Positions 19,937 through 27,482 of a DNA stretch of 64,000 nt are shown piece by piece (within the stretch, counting starts at the first letter, position 1; each line of letters starts with the position of its first letter). Both the position numbers and the translations under genes were made by a program. The notes under the pieces are model-generated. The model worked only from the letters and a program-made list of their open reading frames with translations, did no database searches and was not told the origin of the DNA. This DNA comes from a virus (Duplodnaviria > Caudoviricetes), in IMG/VR virus record IMGVR_UViG_3300028048_003227, positions 48,409 through 112,408 of that record. The stretch is one strand, 5' to 3'.

Positions 19937-20029
19937 TACGGATTAGCTCAGAGGTTAGAGCTTAATTGGATGAACCCGAGTTCTTACATAAGGCATCAGT
20001 GGTCGTAGGTTCGAATCCTGCATCCGTAG
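19937..20029 (+). ncRNA. tRNA-like RNA with expanded, branched anticodon domain
   Basis: TACGGAT/ATCCGTA; canonical D and T arms. Confidence 0.65.
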
Positions 20030-20030
20030 C

Positions 20031-20114
20031 AAGAACCAACTGGTAGGAGGTAGTATACACAATTGGGTGAGTTGCGAGCTATATTCGCGCTGTGGGGTGT
20101 ATAATTTGGTTCTT
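20031..20114 (+). ncRNA. putative small structured RNA
   Basis: aagaacca/tggttctt, tatacac/gtgtata and gcgag/ttcgc nested stems. Confidence 0.4.
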
Positions 20115-20119
20115 TTTGT

Positions 20120-20194
20120 GGTCCTGTAGCCCAACTGGAAGATGGCAATAGACTTAGGATCTATTCAGTGAGAGTTCGAATCTCTCCAGGACTA
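20120..20194 (+). tRNA. tRNA-Leu(UAG) with short variable arm
   Basis: ATAGA-CTTAGGA-TCTAT; 5-nt variable region. Confidence 0.8.
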
Positions 20195-20196
20195 CT

Positions 20197-20379
20197 AAAT
20201 ATCAAGTGAGGGTAGAAGGAATGCCTTGAGATTTTGAAGAGTAGGTTGCAGTGAAATTCAAAATTGAGATAGGAGACGGTGGTACAGGGTTCTGTGAGAA
20301 ATTCGATATGTGCATGGAACCCCGAGGCCGATGGAGTTCTCGACTGACTGCAAGGTTGGAGAACAGTAACTTGATATTT
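20197..20379 (+). ncRNA. unknown structured RNA (about 183 nt)
   Basis: 11-bp closing stem; ttgcagt/actgcaa loop-loop complement. Confidence 0.55.
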
Positions 20380-20383
20380 TTAT

Positions 20384-20457
20384 TGAAGTGTAGCGCAATT
20401 GGTCAGAGCATCAGATTTTGGTTCTGAGGGTTGTGAGTTCGAGTCTCACCACTTCAA
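20384..20457 (+). tRNA. tRNA-Gln(UUG)
   Basis: TCAGA-TTTTGGT-TCTGA. Confidence 0.9.
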
Positions 20458-20477
20458 CAAAATAACTCATATGGAAA

Positions 20478-20552
20478 GACCTCGTAGCTCAGTTGGTTTA
20501 GAGCACCTCCCTTTTAAGGAGGGGGTCACGAGTTCGAGCCTCGTCGGGGTCA
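20478..20552 (+). tRNA. tRNA-Lys(UUU)
   Basis: CCTCC-CTTTTAA-GGAGG. Confidence 0.9.
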
Positions 20553-20637
20553 CAAATAGTATGGGTCAAAAGACATAATCTTGCAAGGATTATAATACAG
20601 TAACTAATCCCATACTTTTAAATCCACAATGGCAGAT

Positions 20638-20685
20638 GCGCACAGTCCCGGAGTGGTTGAGGGAGGAGGGCTTGCAATAACCTCC
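20638..20685 (+). pseudogene. 5' fragment of a tRNA (GCA triplet in an enlarged loop, Cys-like)
   Basis: D-arm and ggagg/cctcc stem only; no T-arm. Confidence 0.4.
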
Positions 20686-20696
20686 AAACAATAGGA

Positions 20697-20771
20697 AGCC
20701 TTGTAAGCTTAATTGGTAGAGTCCTGATCAGAAGGTCGGGGGGGTTAAGAGTTCGAATCTCTTCAAGGCAA
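20697..20771 (+). ncRNA. tRNA-like RNA with 8-nt non-canonical anticodon loop
   Basis: gccttg/caaggc, cctga-tcagaagg-tcggg, canonical T-arm. Confidence 0.55.
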
Positions 20772-20829
20772 CTAATTCTAAATGTTTTTCATTTCTTATA
20801 TATTTTTAATAAATTAAACACAGATTTAC

Positions 20830-21267
20830 ATGAAGAAACTTTTTCTTGCTATCGCAATGATGTTTGGAGCACTCGCTGCTACATCTTGCAAGGATACTGT
20901 TGCAGTTGTGTACAGTATCAATGTTGAGGGAAGCGCTAACGGTGACGTGGTTGTGACTTTCCCTAACGGTAATCTTGAACTTAATGGACAGACCGGTCTT
21001 CTTTTCGCTTATTCAAATGATACCGCTCCTCTCACTAAGGCTGCTGTAAAGGGTGTTGCTGTTGAGGAAGCTGCAGAGAGTGATCAGAAGGAGGTTCGTT
21101 CCCTCGCAGAGACCATCGAGAGTGGGTTTACTGTTGTCTTTAAGGATGCCACCGCTGGTGGTGAGTATCACGTAAAGATTCACGGATATGCTAAGGAGCC
21201 TACCACAGGTATTACTATCCTGATTGATAAGTCCTTTGATTATCCCGCTCCTGTTGATCAGAAGTAA
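20830..21267 (+). CDS. lipoprotein (signal peptidase II signal)
   Basis: MKK-hydrophobic-ATSC lipobox. Confidence 0.8.
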   Translation: MKKLFLAIAMMFGALAATSCKDTVAVVYSINVEGSANGDVVVTFPNGNLELNGQTGLLFAYSNDTAPLTKAAVKGVAVEEAAESDQKEVRSLAETIESGFTVVFKDATAGGEYHVKIHGYAKEPTTGITILIDKSFDYPAPVDQK

Positions 21268-21297
21268 TTATGATTTGCCACTGTGTGGCAAATTTAT

Positions 21298-21370
21298 GCT
21301 CGGTTAGTGAAGTGGTAATCACGCTACCCTTTCAAGGTAGAGTCGCGCTGTTCAATTCAGGCACCGAGTA
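21298..21370 (+). tRNA. tRNA-Glu(UUC)
   Basis: CTACC-CTTTCAA-GGTAG. Confidence 0.85.
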
Positions 21371-21397
21371 CAAATTATTATTTATAGTAAATTAAAC

Positions 21398-21470
21398 GGC
21401 TTGGTGGCGCAATGGTCAGCGCAATTGACTGTTAATCAATGGGTTATAGGTTCGAGTCCTGTCCAAGCCG
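21398..21470 (+). tRNA. tRNA-Asn(GUU)
   Basis: ATTGA-CTGTTAA-TCAAT, G73. Confidence 0.9.
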
Positions 21471-21479
21471 CAAAAATAT

Positions 21480-21553
21480 GGTGCATTGGTGAAGCTGGTT
21501 ATCATGCTACCCTGTCACGGTAGAGTTCGTCGGTTCGAACCCGTCATGCACCG
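21480..21553 (+). tRNA. tRNA-Asp(GUC)
   Basis: CTACC-CTGTCAC-GGTAG, G73. Confidence 0.9.
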
Positions 21554-21659
21554 CGTGAGCCCGAAGTACAAGGGATCGAAGATAGGAAATCTTTGTCATT
21601 TCCTCCGAATCGTAGGTCGGCACAGTTACATCTCTGGGGATAGTATAAAAGATGTTTAT

Positions 21660-21734
21660 GGGGCCGTAGCAAAATTGGTAACCGCGCAGCATTTGCACTG
21701 CTGAGATTTGAGGGTTCGAGTCCCTTCGGCTCCA
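21660..21734 (+). tRNA. tRNA-Ala(UGC)
   Basis: G3:U70; CAGCA-TTTGCAC-TGCTG. Confidence 0.9.
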
Positions 21735-21744
21735 CGACTTGTAC

Positions 21745-21936
21745 AACTAACGCTTCACGGAATAAACTCGATGGATTGGAGAAACATCGGGGTGTGAACC
21801 GCAAAAGGTGATATAAGCAGGTGTAGGATGATGTCATTAACTCCAAATATAGGACATGTAAAGTAACACTGAAGGGTATCACTGGAAGAGTACTAAGAGA
21901 AATCCTTTTTAGAGACTGTGTCAACATGTGTTAGTT
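21745..21936 (+). ncRNA. unknown structured RNA (about 192 nt)
   Basis: aactaacgc/gtgttagtt closing stem; ttggag/ctccaa loop-loop complement. Confidence 0.5.
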
Positions 21937-22032
21937 TAGGTATTGCCCATCAACCAAGCAGTTGAATGGGGTAACGGGATCGCTCGAAGAACGATTCTTG
22001 GGTTGGCCGCATTACCGTAAATGCGGCATTTT

Positions 22033-22192
22033 GGGAGCATAGCTCAGTTGGTTTAGAGCACCTGCCTTAATACAGGGTAATCCACTGTGACGGATTAGCA
22101 AGATGTTAAAAGTGGTGAAGTGCATAATAAGAGTTCGATTCTCTTCATCTTGCCCAAGCAGGGGGTCATTAGTTCGAATCTAATTGTTCCCA
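22033..22192 (+). tRNA. tRNA-Val(UAC) split by 85-nt insert (22070-22154) between positions 35/36
   Basis: joined exons give CCTGC-CTTACAA-GCAGG with Val-type body. Confidence 0.85.
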
Positions 22193-22206
22193 CACATAGA
22201 CATACA

Positions 22207-22312
22207 TGGAGGTTTGTGTGCAGACCTTTGCAAGTCCGTTAATGATCAGACGGATACTACATAGATCCATAGAAATACAGCTGGTACCTGATCACAATAT
22301 AGTTAACCTCCA
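22207..22312 (+). ncRNA. unknown pseudoknotted RNA (about 106 nt)
   Basis: tggaggtt/aacctcca; loop tgatcag complementary to ctgatca. Confidence 0.5.
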
Positions 22313-22388
22313 CCCATATCATATTTATATCTTTCCAAACTTGCATAGGATTCTGTAAAGAATCCTTTTTATTTATTTATTTTTTATT

Positions 22389-22768
22389 AGTTCTTTGAAG
22401 GTATAAGATAAATGCAGACAGACCTACTCCCACTATTGTAGGAGACTACCATGACAATAAATGGTTTAAACAGCACCCGGATCGTAAGTCGGGACCATGA
22501 GGAATGAGAGTTATATGAAAGTATAACCTATCTACAAACCAGTGAAACCTGAACGGAATCACTGAAGATATTGTAGTTTGTAATAATGGAAGTCTGATGA
22601 GAAAACAAGCTTATACTGATGTAGAGGCTTGCAAAGAGCAAAATCGGCAAATCGCGTAATGCCTTCGGTATAAACCCGACGTTGGTTGGTGTGTTGCAAC
22701 GATAGTCAGAACACAATCGCTTATGTGGTTCCTGGAGTGGCTTATTGAGCGTAATCAATTAAAGAACT
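22389..22768 (+). ncRNA. unknown large structured RNA (about 380 nt)
   Basis: agttcttt/aaagaact ends, gaaggtat/atgccttc, many hairpins. Confidence 0.55.
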
Positions 22769-22777
22769 CCATACAAT

Positions 22778-22850
22778 GCCGGTGTAGCTCAATTGACAGA
22801 GCGGCTGATTTGTAATCAGCAGGTTATTGGTTTGATTCCGATCATCGGCT
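22778..22850 (+). tRNA. tRNA-Thr(UGU)
   Basis: GCTGA-TTTGTAA-TCAGC. Confidence 0.88.
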
Positions 22851-22855
22851 CATTC

Positions 22856-22886
22856 AAAGACCACCTCGCAAGAGATGGTCTTTTTG
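22856..22886 (+). terminator. terminator closing the tRNA array
   Basis: aaagacca-cctcgcaagaga-tggtcttttt. Confidence 0.7.
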
Positions 22887-22918
22887 TTTATTATTTGATT
22901 AAATAAAAACAAATAACA

Positions 22919-23722
22919 ATGGCAAAAGGTGATATATTAAACAAACTAAAAATATCTGGTTACGTCACATCAACAGATCCTTCCGATTGGATAGAAGATG
23001 AGCTTGACATCCAAGAAGGTAGTGGATCATCAGAGTTCCCTGTATTGAATTATGATATTAAAATGGTTATGAATGCTGACAGAGTCCCTATTCTTTCGGA
23101 ATCACATCTCACTGGATCCGCGACAGTTAATCATGAAGGAACTCCTGTTACAGTTAGTTTTGAAGACTTAGTAGATGAATTACAAAGAGTTAAAGCCGAC
23201 TGGGATGCAAACGGTTGGCCTGAACCTATAGGTGACACATTAGTGCATAATGAACACGAAATCAGTTATGATGTAGTTGTTTATGACATACCTGAAGGTT
23301 CCACTCTTTTAAATCAATTATCAAGTTTATACAATGTGACAGTTAGTGATTCAGACACTAATAGAGAAATCCATGTTACTCAACCTCTGGTTCGTTTTAA
23401 TTTTGAGGGGGATCGCCATCATGGAGTCAATGAGAAAGATAGTGCATACTTCACATTTAACGAATGTACGATTGACAAGAAAGGAAATACCCCGGATGGA
23501 TACGCATCAGGTCGAGTTCCTTTATTCCCATATTGTCAGAACCCCGGAGACACTGAGTTAGAGTATGGGTATATAATAATTGATAAAATTTCGGATCTTA
23601 TTGATCAACATCTCGACGAAAATGATGATTTATATTTATTGGTATACAATAATGAGCATGGTGAGAATATAACCCATCCAAGGTCTATAAAGATAGCGCA
23701 TCCAACTCAACCACTTGGTTAA
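22919..23722 (+). CDS. hypothetical acidic protein, possibly virion
   Basis: ORF with its own terminator. Confidence 0.7.
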   Translation: MAKGDILNKLKISGYVTSTDPSDWIEDELDIQEGSGSSEFPVLNYDIKMVMNADRVPILSESHLTGSATVNHEGTPVTVSFEDLVDELQRVKADWDANGWPEPIGDTLVHNEHEISYDVVVYDIPEGSTLLNQLSSLYNVTVSDSDTNREIHVTQPLVRFNFEGDRHHGVNEKDSAYFTFNECTIDKKGNTPDGYASGRVPLFPYCQNPGDTELEYGYIIIDKISDLIDQHLDENDDLYLLVYNNEHGENITHPRSIKIAHPTQPLG

Positions 23723-23775
23723 AAATCAAGACCCTCTAAAGTAAATAAGAGGGTCTTTTTTTGTATATATAACAT

Positions 23776-24507
23776 ATGAAAGCACTTAAATTATCAGCGA
23801 TAAGCGACCTACACGGAAACCTACCGTCTCCCGATGTTTTTGCCGAAGGAGATGTTCTTTGTATCTGTGGGGACATTGTGCCTCTCGATCTCCAACAAGA
23901 TTTTGTAAAATCCATCGCGTGGTTCTGTATGAAGTTTATTCCCTGGACTGACAAACTACCATTCAAGAAGGTCATTCTTGTTTTTGGTAATCATGATTTC
24001 TTCTCTGAAGAGCTCGGTCCCCGACATTTTAATTCAGCTGACACAGTAACCAGGATGCTCATGCCCGGTAGTATTAGAGGTGAACATAAGATAGTTATTC
24101 TTATGGATAATTCTTACAAGTACGAGCATTTCACCTTCTATGGAACATCCTGGTGTCCCGATCTCTCCAATTGGGCTTGGTATGGCGATCATGATAAACT
24201 CGTAAGTGAATACGGGAAGATTCCTACTGGAGTCGATGTCCTTCTCACTCACTGTCCACCGAGATTTGGTTATGCAGGCACTGTCATGCAACAAGGGTGG
24301 AACTGGATGAATAATTACGGATGTCAGGAACTTGCAGAAGAGATAGATGTCAAAAGACCAAAATGGGTATTTTGTGGTCACGTTCATAGTGGGGACCATA
24401 AGGTGACAACTATTGATGACAGTATCAATATAGTCAATGTGAGTATGTTGGATGAGAATTATAAAATGAATTATCCTCCGTTTTCAGTGAAAATTGAAAA
24501 ACAATAA
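23776..24507 (+). CDS. calcineurin-like metallophosphoesterase
   Basis: SDLHG, CGDI, GNHD, THCPP, GHVH. Confidence 0.9.
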   Translation: MKALKLSAISDLHGNLPSPDVFAEGDVLCICGDIVPLDLQQDFVKSIAWFCMKFIPWTDKLPFKKVILVFGNHDFFSEELGPRHFNSADTVTRMLMPGSIRGEHKIVILMDNSYKYEHFTFYGTSWCPDLSNWAWYGDHDKLVSEYGKIPTGVDVLLTHCPPRFGYAGTVMQQGWNWMNNYGCQELAEEIDVKRPKWVFCGHVHSGDHKVTTIDDSINIVNVSMLDENYKMNYPPFSVKIEKQ

Positions 24508-24530
24508 AAACAGAAAAAACTAATTTAGTC

Positions 24531-24917
24531 ATGAAAATAGCAACATTAATATTAGTAATTATCTCGCTTATTGCATTGGTTATAGTGGCTATCAAACCTT
24601 TATATTGTTTTGTCTTTGAACATAAAGATTGGAAGAAGTGGAAAGAAATACTTAAATTGTTACCATCTTCCTCCCTTGTAAATCATGATATGTTTGAAGT
24701 CGAACACTCTTATCTTAATTGTTATGTTTTTCATATACCTATTGTTGATTCATTTGGGTGTCCAGTGAATGTATATTATTGGGAAAATCTAAATGCAGTA
24801 TCAGTTCATTTAGAAGATGGAGAATGCTACCTGTCAATATTTGATACATATCATGGAAAGAAGGCATTGAAAATAATAAAACATAAATTGAATGAGTATG
24901 AAGACAAAATACATTGA
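24531..24917 (+). CDS. N-terminal TM protein
   Basis: hydrophobic N-terminus. Confidence 0.65.
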   Translation: MKIATLILVIISLIALVIVAIKPLYCFVFEHKDWKKWKEILKLLPSSSLVNHDMFEVEHSYLNCYVFHIPIVDSFGCPVNVYYWENLNAVSVHLEDGECYLSIFDTYHGKKALKIIKHKLNEYEDKIH

Positions 24918-25272
24918 TGCAGAAAAACTTTACAAAAAAGTAGAAGAACTAATGGTAAAGTTCGCTGAATTGGAAACGGAGGTCGAAACTGATGATATGT
25001 CCCTAACCTTACCCACTTATTATCAAGGCAAAAGAAAGATGTGTTCAGAAATCCTTACTCTTATCGACTCTCTCCAGCAGGAGCAGCCAATTCAATTAAA
25101 CACTCTTACTTGGAAAGATATAAATGACATTGAAAGAATCATTAACAATGTTCATTATGAATTTCGAAATGGTATAGGAGAAAAATCTTTTGGAGAGGAA
25201 GTTCTTGAAAGATTTAGAGAAGAAAGAGATGAGCAGGAACAGCCAGAGGTGGATTTGGATAAAGAAGAATAA
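24892..25272 (+). CDS. paralog family C protein (YIDAEKL...IDSLQQEQP)
   Basis: shared with 26426 and 27483. Confidence 0.7.
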   Translation: MSMKTKYIDAEKLYKKVEELMVKFAELETEVETDDMSLTLPTYYQGKRKMCSEILTLIDSLQQEQPIQLNTLTWKDINDIERIINNVHYEFRNGIGEKSFGEEVLERFREERDEQEQPEVDLDKEE

Positions 25273-25325
25273 TATGAAAGCACCCAAAGAAATGCATCCG
25301 AATTGTTAAATTCGTTAAATATATG

Positions 25326-25351
25326 GTTCATATTTGTTAATTAATATCATA
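25326..25351 (+). promoter_or_regulatory. 26-bp intergenic repeat gttcatatttgttaattaatatcata, putative promoter
   Basis: identical copy at 34007-34032. Confidence 0.55.
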
Positions 25352-25359
25352 TAAGAAAT

Positions 25360-25743
25360 ATGAATATGATGACAGAAGATTACGTTAGTTTTGAGACTGC
25401 TAAACTCCTTAAAGAAAAGGGGTTTGATGAAAATTGTTCTCGTTCCTATGTCAAAGATAAGTTGACACATAGTCAAGGACGTAACAATTCATACTATACG
25501 ATAATGTATGAAACATATAGACCAATATCAGCACCAACTCTTCAAATGGCAATGAAATGGCTACGGGAAGTACATAATATGCACATTGAAGTTAAATACT
25601 TTTTTGAGCCACACATCTATAAGTACACTATTACTTATACCCCAGTTGCACTTGATAATATTAGTTCACATCCGCAATGTTTCAATACCTATGAAGAAGC
25701 CTGTGATGCAGCCATTAAATATTGTTTAGAAAATTTGATTTAG
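25360..25743 (+). CDS. paralog family A protein
   Basis: conserved N, mid and C motifs. Confidence 0.8.
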   Translation: MNMMTEDYVSFETAKLLKEKGFDENCSRSYVKDKLTHSQGRNNSYYTIMYETYRPISAPTLQMAMKWLREVHNMHIEVKYFFEPHIYKYTITYTPVALDNISSHPQCFNTYEEACDAAIKYCLENLI

Positions 25744-25746
25744 AAT

Positions 25747-25962
25747 ATGGTTAATAAGTTATCTCAAAGACACTCTTATGAGAATATTGAGGATTATTAC
25801 AAGTATGTAATAAAATGTATTACTTGCGGAACAATTCTTAATTTCGGGAAAGATGATGTTCATAAAGATGAGGACAGCTGCTGTATTCATTATGAATATA
25901 TTGTTTGTCCTGAATGTAATGAACATCTTAGGTTGAACGATGATGATTATTTTGGATATTAG
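25747..25962 (+). CDS. small Zn-ribbon protein
   Basis: CITCG...CPEC; similar to 31218. Confidence 0.65.
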   Translation: MVNKLSQRHSYENIEDYYKYVIKCITCGTILNFGKDDVHKDEDSCCIHYEYIVCPECNEHLRLNDDDYFGY

Positions 25963-25964
25963 AT

Positions 25965-26354
25965 ATGATTACTGAGGATTTTGTTTCATTTGAGACCGCT
26001 AAACTCCTGAAAGAAAAGGGATTTGATGTTTGGGGTGATGGTTCATTTGGTGTTGCCACAAAAATTTGGAAAGAGTATAGTCCAAGTGGCATACTTAATG
26101 ATTGTTCAATGTGCTCACCAAGTAGAAAAGCATTTCCTGCTCCAACACTCCAAATGACAATGAAGTGGCTACGGGAAGTACATAATCTTGAAATATATCC
26201 CTATCATAACTACGATAATTCAAAATGGTGGGTTGAAATAATTAAATATCCTAATTCAGTATCAGAATATGAATCCGGAAAGGATGAGGAATTTGATACC
26301 TACGAAGAAGCTTGTGAAGCGGCTATTAAATACTGTCTTGAAAATTTGATTTAG
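25965..26354 (+). CDS. paralog family A protein
   Basis: conserved motifs. Confidence 0.8.
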   Translation: MITEDFVSFETAKLLKEKGFDVWGDGSFGVATKIWKEYSPSGILNDCSMCSPSRKAFPAPTLQMTMKWLREVHNLEIYPYHNYDNSKWWVEIIKYPNSVSEYESGKDEEFDTYEEACEAAIKYCLENLI

Positions 26355-26425
26355 GTGGCGACTATAAATACTAAATAATTTGAATCATTTTAGTATTTAA
26401 AATCAATCCCAAATAGTTTAATAAT

Positions 26426-26710
26426 ATGAAAAATATTGACGCAGATAAACTGAAAGCCGAGATAAAGCGATTAGAAGAAATGGACTATCCTTGCGATACA
26501 TTAGAACAAAGCACAGGATTTTACGATGCTTTAGACCGTATCAAATCTTTCATCGACTCTCTCCAGCAGGAGCAGCCTTCCCTTAATGATGCGGCATTTG
26601 ACTATGCGGAATTATGCAAATATGAGGGAGCAGATAAGTTACTATGCGCAGAACATTTCAAGGCCGGTGCCGAGTGGATGGCGGGGCAGGGAACACGAAA
26701 AGAGGAATAG
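26426..26710 (+). CDS. family C / FKAGAEWM chimeric protein
   Basis: carries both modules. Confidence 0.7.
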   Translation: MKNIDADKLKAEIKRLEEMDYPCDTLEQSTGFYDALDRIKSFIDSLQQEQPSLNDAAFDYAELCKYEGADKLLCAEHFKAGAEWMAGQGTRKEE

Positions 26711-26780
26711 AAACGGCCTTATTAGTGCTTGGAGATAAAAGTATACTTAATGAATAATAAAAATAATAAAAATAATAAAA

Positions 26781-27059
26781 ATGAAAAATTTGTATAAAGC
26801 AGGAGATTTTCTTTATAAACTTGGTGATAAAGGTATTAAGAAAGAATCACAAAGAGTTTTTATTTACACTGGACAGTTGAATGCAGATGGATATGGTGTC
26901 CTCCTCGGTTTTGATTCTGATGGTAAACTCAGGAAATCGACAGGCTACGGGAACTACCAATATGGAAATGATGTTAGGCTTGCAACAGAAGAAGAAATCA
27001 AGTCGTTCATGAATGAGGTATTCAATTACCCCGATGTCATTAGGGAATATGGGTGTTAG
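26781..27059 (+). CDS. hypothetical protein
   Basis: ORF. Confidence 0.65.
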   Translation: MKNLYKAGDFLYKLGDKGIKKESQRVFIYTGQLNADGYGVLLGFDSDGKLRKSTGYGNYQYGNDVRLATEEEIKSFMNEVFNYPDVIREYGC

Positions 27060-27093
27060 TGGAATTACAAAAAATCATTAAAAATGTACAGTT

Positions 27094-27348
27094 ATGGCAA
27101 ATTCAGATATGTGCTTGAAAGTAGCACGAAAGGTTTACCCAAACAATGAAAATTTGCGAGTAGCATATATGCTCGGATTTAATGATGGCTTCGACAAAGC
27201 CAAGGAGCAGCAGGAAGCGGATTTGGAGAAGGAGATTTTAGATTGGATTGGTGACGAAGGTTCTTGTAAAAATGGCAAATGGACTTGGTACGAGTGCAAT
27301 AAAATGATTCGTCACTTCTACAAACTTGGACTTAACGCAAGAAAGTAA
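27094..27348 (+). CDS. modular protein ending HFYxLGLNARK
   Basis: C-terminal module shared with 27483. Confidence 0.65.
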   Translation: MANSDMCLKVARKVYPNNENLRVAYMLGFNDGFDKAKEQQEADLEKEILDWIGDEGSCKNGKWTWYECNKMIRHFYKLGLNARK

Positions 27349-27479
27349 TGAGTTTCGCCGAACTGATTTTAGCCTTAATAGCAATAGTGATACTTCTTGA
27401 AATTTCATATAACATTAAGGCACTAAACAATAATCTAATAGAACTTATAAAATGGCTTAACGCAAGAAAGGAGGAATAA
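27348..27479 (+). CDS. 43-aa TM peptide ending LNARKEE
   Basis: read manually; shares the 3' module. Confidence 0.5.
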   Translation: MSFAELILALIAIVILLEISYNIKALNNNLIELIKWLNARKEE

Positions 27480-27482
27480 ATT

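Noticed and set aside
17994-22154. Inserts as hammerhead, HDV-like/theta ribozymes, BHB introns or prophage att remnants
   Set aside because: No complete catalytic core or BHB found by eye; both exons stay joined around a short conserved fold rather than a duplicated tRNA 3' end
17958-22192. Reading the split tRNAs as Ala(UGC) and Leu(UAA) by shifting the junctions
   Set aside because: The bodies carry Pro and Val identity features, and only the Pro/Val boundaries make the two inserts align end to end
17361-22758. Short ORFs overlapping the tRNA array
   Set aside because: They overlap tRNAs or structured RNAs and show no protein motifs
22389-22768. RNase P RNA or tmRNA
   Set aside because: Lacks the GAGGAAAGUCC P4 signature and the tmRNA tRNA-like ends
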